Positions 48,617 through 55,478 of a stretch of DNA of 55,478 nt are shown here, in pieces. The notes under the pieces were generated by a model. That model did not search any database. It saw nothing but the letters and a program-made list of their open reading frames with translations, and was not told the DNA's origin. Source of the stretch: Thermoplasmata archaeon (GTDB lineage Archaea; Thermoplasmatota; Thermoplasmata; Thermoplasmatales; GCA-001856825). Numbering within the stretch: position 1 is the first letter of the stretch; each line of letters starts with the position of its first letter. Both the position numbers and the translations under genes were made by a program. Where the stretch lies: contig JAJYMI010000007.1 of the NCBI GenBank assembly GCA_021787125.1, forward strand, positions 1 to 55,478. Direction: 5' to 3'.

Positions 48617-48701
48617 GCGGGGGTTGCCGAGCTAGGTTAAAGGTACCAGACTTAAGATCTGGTTCCGTAGGGATTCGGGGGTTCAAATCCCCTCCCCCGC
48701 A
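48617..48701 (+). tRNA. tRNA-Leu(TAA)
   Basis: GCGGGGG/CCCCCGC-A acceptor stem; CCAGA-CTTAAGA-TCTGG; long variable arm; GGTTCAAATCC. Confidence 0.96.
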
Positions 48702-48915
48702 CTTGGTGCTAATATTCCCATAAATAATATTGATAGGGTATGTGATCTTGAATGACGCCAAGTCCTAGAATCGCCTTAAGGAACAGATCAAATTTCTATT
48801 AGGATAACGCTAATCCCACAGTTCAGATTAATCCCTTGAAAAACCATCAGATCGCGCAACTACCAAATATCAAGGCATTAGGGGCTGTCAGGCTTACCGG
48901 ATAAAGAGATCAATT

Positions 48916-50355
48916 CTAATCAAATTTATTTGTGAATACAGACACCATCACTCCCACGACTGAAAGAATTATCAGAATTATTATGGTCTCGTGAAAAGCT
49001 AGAATTCCAGCTTTTGAAGCACTGAATATCTTCTGGGATGATGCGTAGTACTTCTCTCTTGATTCAAAGAATGATGCCAGGAGGGAAATTCCAAATGCTC
49101 CGCTTATCCGTTCGGCGACGTTGAAGAGGGTGTTTCCGTCCGGAACATCGGAAGGAGATAGTCCACTCAGAATTTGATACAACAATGGCTGTATTGTAAG
49201 TCCAAGAGCAATCCCTCTTCCGCAGAGGATAGCAGATAAGAGAAGAGATGAGGATGACGCAGTGAGAAAGGCAAGGGGAACAGTTGATGCGGTTAACACG
49301 ATCATTCCAATTCTCACAATTGACTGTTTATTTCCTCTTCGTGACCAATATTCTCCGATTATAGTTCCAAATCCAGTTGTGATACCTTGGGGTAGAAGAA
49401 TGAGTCCGGCTTCAAGCGGAGATAAACCATCAACCAGTTCTACAAAGACTGGAATGAGGAAAATAGCAGAAAAAAGGACCACGTTAGCTAGTATGCTTAC
49501 CGTCAGAGATGTAGCTCTCTTTGAATTTCTGATAATCCTCAAGTTCACTGACGGATTTCCTTTAATCTTAGCCCAGAAATAATAAACGACCATCAGAACA
49601 GTGCCTATCAGTAGGGGCAAAACGGTATCGATTGAACTCCATCCTACAGAAGTCCCCCGAGAAGAGCCATAGAGCATCGCAGCGATTCCTATCCCAAATA
49701 TTGTCGAACCAACAAAGTCAAATTTTCCAACGATTCTGGTAGTCTTCTTGATGAATTCTTTACTCCTTGCAATAATAGTAACAGCTACAACACCTACTGG
49801 AACATTGATCAAAAATATCGATGGCCATCCGAAAATCTGTATCAAAGCTCCTCCAAGAGTTGGTCCAATTGCCGGCGCCAAAAAGAGGACAATTCCAATT
49901 AGAGGTGAGATGAGTTCTCTTCCCTTGCTCTCGCCGAACAGCAAATCCATTGCTAAAGGAACCATCAGTGATCCGAACGCTCCCTGAGCAATTCTGGCGC
50001 CTATGAGAAAGCTTATGGAAGGCGAAAAGGCACATACAAGAGAGAAGACTGTAAATCCTCCTAAGCTGACTGAATAGGGTCTTATGGGACCATACTTCTT
50101 TGAAACATATGGACTTATAACTAGAAAGGCTCCAAGTGAAAGTAGATAGGCGCTCGCGACCCACTGTGCTTCTGATAAGGGGGCGTTGAAACTCTTGTCG
50201 ATAACAGGAATAGCAATGTTGACGACACTAGAATCGATCATGGCCATGAAGGGTCCTACTATCAGAGCGAATTGCATTAATGGTCGAAGTCTCTTGTTCG
50301 AGCCCTTGTCTTCTGCCGCCAGTTCGTACTGATTGGACTCCAGTGTTGCTACCAC
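48916..50355 (-). CDS. MFS DHA2 (EmrB/QacA-like) efflux transporter
   Basis: DSSVVNIAIP, ARIAQG, APAIGPTLGG, FLINVPVG. Confidence 0.92.
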   Translation of the reverse strand: MVATLESNQYELAAEDKGSNKRLRPLMQFALIVGPFMAMIDSSVVNIAIPVIDKSFNAPLSEAQWVASAYLLSLGAFLVISPYVSKKYGPIRPYSVSLGGFTVFSLVCAFSPSISFLIGARIAQGAFGSLMVPLAMDLLFGESKGRELISPLIGIVLFLAPAIGPTLGGALIQIFGWPSIFLINVPVGVVAVTIIARSKEFIKKTTRIVGKFDFVGSTIFGIGIAAMLYGSSRGTSVGWSSIDTVLPLLIGTVLMVVYYFWAKIKGNPSVNLRIIRNSKRATSLTVSILANVVLFSAIFLIPVFVELVDGLSPLEAGLILLPQGITTGFGTIIGEYWSRRGNKQSIVRIGMIVLTASTVPLAFLTASSSSLLLSAILCGRGIALGLTIQPLLYQILSGLSPSDVPDGNTLFNVAERISGAFGISLLASFFESREKYYASSQKIFSASKAGILAFHETIIILIILSVVGVMVSVFTNKFD

Positions 50356-50388
50356 ATTAGTGAATTTGGTATGGTTTCAAAATTCTTA

Positions 50389-50405
50389 TACCCAACATGT
50401 GGGTA
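50389..50405. promoter_or_regulatory. Palindromic operator in the divergent MFS/regulator promoter
   Basis: TACCCA-ACATG-TGGGTA directly after TTCTTATA. Confidence 0.55.
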
Positions 50406-50415
50406 ATCATCAAGT

Positions 50416-51132
50416 ATGAATGAAGGAAAAAGTAGTATGAGGCAGATTACGGTGGAGATTCCGGTGACGGCCCAATCAAGAACTTCATCCTTCATAAGGG
50501 CACTCGAAACAATTGAGATAATTGAAGTACTCGAGTTCCGCAGCGGTGGAATCTCGCTATTGTGCTCAGGCACAGCAGATCAGTTGAACGTGCTGAAGAG
50601 TGCATTCAATAGCAGCGAGGAATCAGCAAATCTAAACATTTTGAATGTTAAAAATGACGGATCGGTTGTTGCACTAGTCAAAGGTGTCTGGACCGGGAGA
50701 TCAAATGGAATTTCTGATCCCAAACACGAAGAGGAAATGGAATTCTTTAGATCGATGGAGAATTCCCATATGTATACGGTAGGAAAACTCACATTTGAGC
50801 ACGGAGTTCTAAAGACTACTGTTCTGGGGGAAAGAGAAACTATCGCACGACTCTTGGAGGGATTGAGGGAACACAATATAAAATTCAGAGTGAAAAGAAT
50901 TGGTCCGCCAGAAGGAAAAGAAAGACTGATGCTATCTTCTCTTTCTCAGAAACAACAGAGGGTGCTGAGATTAGCACACGAATTGGGCTATTATGAGATT
51001 CCTAGAAAAATAAGAACGCAGGAATTGGCTAATATTGTCGGTATCGACAAGGGAACACTAGGGGATCATCTTAGACGAGCTGAAAAGCACATTATGGACG
51101 AAGTCATGAAAGATCAGAAGGAGATCCCTTAG
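50416..51132 (+). CDS. HTH_10 (Bat-like) transcriptional regulator
   Basis: LSQKQQRVLRLAHELGYYEIPRK...ELA..VGI.K.TL.DHLRRAE. Confidence 0.9.
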   Translation: MNEGKSSMRQITVEIPVTAQSRTSSFIRALETIEIIEVLEFRSGGISLLCSGTADQLNVLKSAFNSSEESANLNILNVKNDGSVVALVKGVWTGRSNGISDPKHEEEMEFFRSMENSHMYTVGKLTFEHGVLKTTVLGERETIARLLEGLREHNIKFRVKRIGPPEGKERLMLSSLSQKQQRVLRLAHELGYYEIPRKIRTQELANIVGIDKGTLGDHLRRAEKHIMDEVMKDQKEIP

Positions 51133-51327
51133 ATACTCAAAATAAATGAAGAGTGCCTCCATAGCAAAGAAGAGAGTAGTTAGTATCAACAGCCTCTTCT
51201 CACCCGTTTTCCTCATGTTCTTTTGACTCGTTGAGTGAAAGTTACTTGTTTATCAATTTCCCCGATCTTCCGATTACTCCTTACGTCTTTGTCTGAAACT
51301 GAAATCGACTATGCAGCAAAGAACAGG

Positions 51328-51813
51328 CTATGCTTTTTCAAAGTACTCCGGCATTGATTTCTCAAGCTCTCTGTTTCTGTACAATCCTGCTGTGCCTCCA
51401 CAGGAGATCATCAGTCTGTTCCAGCTGTTTATGATGTTGACTGCCATTATCAGTGCAACGTATTGGTGATCGTTGAATTCCCCTCTTACGCGATCGTACA
51501 GCTCGTCCGGAATTCCATTCTTAGATACTTGAGTCAGAGATTCTGTGAACTCTAACGCAGCCCTCTCACGGGAAGAAAAAAATGGAGATTCCCTCCAGAT
51601 CGATACGCAATTTATCTTCTGCACCGATTCACCATCGGCAATGGCGTCCTGTGTGTGCATGTCGGTACAGTACGCACAACCGTTGATCTGCGAGGCTCTC
51701 AGGTAAATGATGTTAAGAAGAGAATTTTCAAGTCCTGTTTTCTTTACGTATTCAATCATCTTGTAAATTCCTTTATCGGACTCTGGTTCCACTTCATCAT
51801 AGTTAATTCTCAT
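51328..51813 (-). CDS. Carboxymuconolactone decarboxylase/AhpD family protein
   Basis: RASQINGCAYCTDMH, RERAAL, INSWNR; ATG at 51813 preferred. Confidence 0.92.
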   Translation of the reverse strand: MRINYDEVEPESDKGIYKMIEYVKKTGLENSLLNIIYLRASQINGCAYCTDMHTQDAIADGESVQKINCVSIWRESPFFSSRERAALEFTESLTQVSKNGIPDELYDRVRGEFNDHQYVALIMAVNIINSWNRLMISCGGTAGLYRNRELEKSMPEYFEKA

Positions 51814-52032
51814 GATCTCTCCCATTCCCTGACGAACCAAAATAATGCATCGGATATGACGAACTCGTTTATCACTTAAATATATGCTCGCAGTGAACAC
51901 TACTTGAGAGTGGAATCCTCAGAGACATGGGAAAAACGATTCGAAACTCTGTTCCTGAGTTCTTCAGAGGACGGGTTTCAGACAAGAACTTCATACATCA
52001 AGTTTATCTGCGAGATTTCTCTGTAAATCTCG

Positions 52033-52641
52033 ATGGAAGATTTTGAGATAGTTGAACATGTACCAGACAAATCAGGAAAAGGGTTCCTGATCGCTGCGAT
52101 AGACTTCAAGGATCCTAAGTTTGTGAGAATATCCTCCAACGAGGAGCCTAAGGCCTACACAAAGGTGCAAGTTGAAGGTGACAAGGCATACTACGAAAAG
52201 AAAGAGATAGGCAAGGTAATCGAGAGAAGAGATGCAAATCAGGTCAGGGTCAGCACGAAGTACGACATAAAGTACACGGGCGGATACTCCCTTGATGGAA
52301 AGACTGTTTATTTGGATGAGCACTTCCCCAAGACACTAAGAGTGGAGGGAAAAGATATCAGCACAGAAGAGAGCATAGGTCTTCACCACGAGCTTCCTGA
52401 GAAATGGCTGTCTGATATTGGCTACGAATATCCTCATGCACACGAGATCGCCACCGGAATAGAGAAGAAGTATGTGGAATATCAGGGAGTGACATGGAAG
52501 GGGTACTGCACGGAAGTCGACAAGAATCTCAGACTGGTTTATAGGAATAAGCTTGAGAAGTCTCCCCCATCCCTGGATCTTGCCCCTTATCTATACTGCA
52601 GAGACAGGGAAGCGCTCAAGGAGATCAGGGAGAGCAAATAG
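52033..52641 (+). CDS. Hypothetical protein with putative metal-binding His/Glu cluster
   Basis: GGYSLDGKTVYLD, HHELPEK, HAHEIA. Confidence 0.7.
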   Translation: MEDFEIVEHVPDKSGKGFLIAAIDFKDPKFVRISSNEEPKAYTKVQVEGDKAYYEKKEIGKVIERRDANQVRVSTKYDIKYTGGYSLDGKTVYLDEHFPKTLRVEGKDISTEESIGLHHELPEKWLSDIGYEYPHAHEIATGIEKKYVEYQGVTWKGYCTEVDKNLRLVYRNKLEKSPPSLDLAPYLYCRDREALKEIRESK

Positions 52642-52723
52642 AGTCTCAAGCGCGTTCTTAGTTTACCGTGCCTAATCCAGACAAGAGTTAAATAGACACC
52701 TTTGTATCGAGAGTTGAAGACAA

Positions 52724-52897
52724 ATGACTCGCTCGGTCAAAAGGCTGTCTTTTTTACTTCTACTGATCTCTTTTTTTATAGTGACACTAGGAGTCTGGTA
52801 TATGACTGGCCTCTCGGTCAAGTATTTTGCACTCGCCACAAAGGATCACTTTCTTGCATTCTTCAAGTACGTAATCAACTTCTTCGACTTCTTCTGA
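52724..52897 (+). CDS. Small membrane protein, 57 aa (not in the ORF track)
   Basis: MTRSVKRLSFLLLLISFFIVTLGVWY...FFDFF; TTAAATA box about 30 nt upstream. Confidence 0.6.
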   Translation: MTRSVKRLSFLLLLISFFIVTLGVWYMTGLSVKYFALATKDHFLAFFKYVINFFDFF

Positions 52898-53007
52898 GCG
52901 GACTACTGGATCGCAATTTTCTAAAGTCATGTAGCTGATGGCCAGCTGAAATGGATCGCTTGAACTCTCATTAGAAGATTAAATTTAGTTAGACGCAATT
53001 CCCTGTC

Positions 53008-54171
53008 ATGGGACAGAGAATCCTTCTATATACTGGAAAAGGTGGAGTAGGGAAGACTAGCATTGCGGCATCTACAGCGTGTTCTCTGGCCAAGATGAAA
53101 AGAAAGACCTTGGTTATATCGACCGATCCTGCCCACAGTCTCGGGGATGCCTTCGGTATCGACATAGGACCAAAACCAAAGAAGATGACAGAAAACCTCT
53201 ATGCTCAGGAAGTCAGCGTAAACGAGGCCATCAATACTCACTGGAATGAACTGAAGGGCTATCTTACGGGACTGTTTCAGACTGAGGGCCTTGACCCTAT
53301 ATCCGCAGAAGAAATAGCCACACTTCCTGGTTTTGATGAAGCATCACAGCTCCTCTACTTGCGACAATATTATGATGAGAAGACCTACGATGCGGTCGTC
53401 ATCGACAGCGCCCCAACCGGGGAATCACTGAAGTTGCTTTCCTTTCCGGAGGCTATGACGTGGTATATGGATAAGATTTTCCCGATGGGAAGATTGGCTG
53501 CGCGACTGGTGCGTCCCGTTTGGAACACAGTGTCCAGCATGTCAATACCCGACGACGAGGTGTTCAAGAGCGTAGAGAGCCTCTACGAATACCTGAAGAG
53601 GATCAGATCAATCCTTTCAGATCCAAAGATCTCAACGATAAGGCTGGTAATGAACCCCGACAAGATGTCACTCAGTGAAACGAAGAGAGCGTTCACCTAT
53701 CTCCTCCTGTACGGCTACCCCGTTGACTCGGTCTTCGTGAACAAGATATACGACGAGAGCACAGGATCTTTCTTCAAGGGTTGGAGATCCAACCAGGGAG
53801 AAATAATCAAGGATGTAAGCGACTCTTTCACCGATCTGAGGATATTCAAGGTACCGATGCTGAAGGAGGAGCCCATCGGTATCGAGAAGCTGCAGAAGAT
53901 GTCCGATTTAATCTACTCCGATTCCGACCCGCTCGACACGTTTTCGAAAGAGAAGAGCATTCAGTTCCTGAAGGAGAATGAGAAATACATTGTCAGACTC
54001 AAACTCCCATTTGCAGACAAGGAGAAACTCGAGGTATTCAATAAGGGAGGCGAACTTATAGTACAGCTGGGAAACTGGAAGAGGGTCTTCTACCTTCCAA
54101 CTGTTTACTCCGATAAGAACCCTGTGAAAGCAGAATTTAATAACGGAGTTCTTGATATAGAGATGAAGTGA
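53008..54171 (+). CDS. ArsA/GET3 family ATPase with C-terminal HSP20-like domain
   Basis: GKGGVGKT, STDPAHSL, DSAPTG; C-terminal beta-sandwich ending NGVLDI. Confidence 0.92.
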   Translation: MGQRILLYTGKGGVGKTSIAASTACSLAKMKRKTLVISTDPAHSLGDAFGIDIGPKPKKMTENLYAQEVSVNEAINTHWNELKGYLTGLFQTEGLDPISAEEIATLPGFDEASQLLYLRQYYDEKTYDAVVIDSAPTGESLKLLSFPEAMTWYMDKIFPMGRLAARLVRPVWNTVSSMSIPDDEVFKSVESLYEYLKRIRSILSDPKISTIRLVMNPDKMSLSETKRAFTYLLLYGYPVDSVFVNKIYDESTGSFFKGWRSNQGEIIKDVSDSFTDLRIFKVPMLKEEPIGIEKLQKMSDLIYSDSDPLDTFSKEKSIQFLKENEKYIVRLKLPFADKEKLEVFNKGGELIVQLGNWKRVFYLPTVYSDKNPVKAEFNNGVLDIEMK

Positions 54172-54172
54172 A

Positions 54173-54361
54173 ATGGCAGAAGAAGAGAAGGAAGATAAGA
54201 TAACAATTGAGATCAAGATTACCGTCCCCTCGATGAGCCACGGCGTGGGAAGCGCTCTCAATCACTTCCTCAAAGCATCCGAAGAGATAATGAAAGCTGG
54301 TAAATCGGTAATGATAAAACCAGAAGTCAAGTCGAAGATAAGGAAAGTAGAGATCAAATAG
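54173..54361 (+). CDS. Small hypothetical protein coupled to the ArsA/GET3 gene
   Basis: Starts 1 nt after the ATPase stop; 62 aa. Confidence 0.65.
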   Translation: MAEEEKEDKITIEIKITVPSMSHGVGSALNHFLKASEEIMKAGKSVMIKPEVKSKIRKVEIK

Positions 54362-54578
54362 TTGCGAGTAAAAACTAGAGGAGAGCCCCATCAAGTGCCA
54401 CCGGAAAATCTTAGGTAGAAGACTCCGGGTCAGGATTTATTTCGGTTAAAAACCTGCCGACGAGATATCCTAATTTTGTCCTCACATCCTTAGATAATCT
54501 TAAGAACATTAGGTATTCTTTAAATTATGAAACACTAAAAATATTAATCATTAAATATAGTCGGTATATCTATAAGAA

Positions 54579-55478
54579 ATGATTTCTGCTGCGGTTCTTT
54601 CTGGCGAAATCGCAAAGAGTGTTCTGAGCACAAGTTCGACTTGGAGTACCGCCAATATCGCAGAGTTGATGACCATAGTTGGAATTTACGTCCACGCATT
54701 CTTTTTGATCTTTGCAGTCGGTTTCCCTATCGTTGTCCTCACCCTTGAATCCATTGGAATCTTAAGGAAGGATGATGACTACATCGGACTTGCAAGGAAT
54801 GCTTCGAAACTCTGGGGAATTACATTCGCCGCTGGTGCAGTTACGGGGACTCTGGTCGAGTTTGGACTGGTAGTAGTGTGGTCTGGTTCCATCGCCCTAA
54901 TCGCTAGCATGGCTGCTGCGCCTATGATCATTGAACTCTACGCATTCATAATTGAGATAGTTCTGATCGGAACATATCTCACGACCTTCAACAGGTTCAA
55001 GCGGTGGAAGGGAGGTCACGTGTTGGTGGGAGTTGGGGTCCTGATAGGTACTAATCTTTCTGCCTACATGATCTTGGCCGTCAATGCGTGGATGCAAGTG
55101 CCATGGGGAACGGGAAATATTGTCGCACAGACCTTCCTACCCTGGGTACCAACCCTAGGTCCTCTTGTCGTCGATCCTGCTAAACTGAAGATTCTTGCGA
55201 CTGTGCTTCCGATATTAGGTTCCAGCCTTCTGTCCTCTCCGGGTGCGTTTCAACTTCTCTCCAATTTCACCTCCAATCCGTGGATTGCACTTTTCAACCC
55301 AGATACAAACGCGACCTATTTCCACAATCTCCTTGCTGCTCTCATCATCACGTCCTTCCTTGCTGCCTCCTACCTCTCTTACAAGATTATAAAGGGATAT
55401 GGAGCAGCGGCCTACAACTGGAAAGGACTCAAGGTTTCATTCTTCATAGCTTCTATCGCCTCATTCCTCCAAGCGGTT
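54579..55478 (+). CDS. cydA: Cytochrome bd oxidase subunit I, truncated at the window end
   Basis: Hand translation: IYVHAFF, FAAGAVTGTLVEF, AVNAWMQVP, YFHNLLAA; frame appears open to the end. Confidence 0.9.
   Translation, partial: MISAAVLSGEIAKSVLSTSSTWSTANIAELMTIVGIYVHAFFLIFAVGFPIVVLTLESIGILRKDDDYIGLARNASKLWGITFAAGAVTGTLVEFGLVVVWSGSIALIASMAAAPMIIELYAFIIEIVLIGTYLTTFNRFKRWKGGHVLVGVGVLIGTNLSAYMILAVNAWMQVPWGTGNIVAQTFLPWVPTLGPLVVDPAKLKILATVLPILGSSLLSSPGAFQLLSNFTSNPWIALFNPDTNATYFHNLLAALIITSFLAASYLSYKIIKGYGAAAYNWKGLKVSFFIASIASFLQAV

Noticed and set aside
51058..51216. 52-aa hydrophobic minus-strand ORF (MRKTGEKRLLILTTLFF...)
   Set aside because: Overlaps the HTH_10 gene by 75 nt and has only a weak promoter; insufficient support
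48702..52000. Possible integrated element after tRNA-Leu
   Set aside because: Accessory-type genes, but no integrase, transposase or tRNA 3' direct repeat seen
52702..52938. 78-aa ORF from the ORF track
   Set aside because: TTG start and no protein-like features; the overlapping frame 52724-52897 is a better gene
1..55478. CRISPR arrays, IS elements, rRNA, tRNA introns, stop-codon recoding
   Set aside because: By eye, no regularly spaced repeats, transposase ORFs, rRNA-like tracts or interrupted conserved genes; all four tRNAs are intron-less

Overview
Archaeal chromosome segment, most consistent with Thermoplasmata (Thermoplasmatales-like). Evidence: archaeal EF-2, EF-1alpha, S7, S12, S10, MBF1, the HMG-CoA synthase/thiolase/DUF35 trio, a DUF6015-like protein, and TATA promoters just upstream of apparently leaderless starts. 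It is mostly housekeeping and metabolic genes plus four tRNAs (Asp, Pro, Gln, Leu), with accessory-looking genes downstream of the tRNAs. I saw no integrase, transposase, CRISPR array or rRNA. Features missing from the ORF track: a consensus box C/D guide RNA at about 28424-28485 (minus strand) whose guides appear to target Cm34 of intron-containing pre-tRNA-Met and 23S rRNA C1920, a 57-aa membrane protein, and a truncated cydA at the right edge. Best candidates for novelty: (1) a complete nickel-SOD module (sodN plus sodX) in an archaeon, with a Ni/Co-transporter-like gene inserted in the str operon; (2) a thiolase in the mevalonate channelling operon that has lost its catalytic Cys and His; (3) a 4xCBS plus HPF-like candidate ribosome hibernation factor; (4) a tRNA-Asp with a corrupted T-arm next to a toxin-antitoxin pair; (5) a cupredoxin with a CuA-like CxxxC loop lacking the His; (6) a STAND regulator / palindromic operator / secreted beta-helix module. 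All family calls come from motif recognition by eye; no database search was run.
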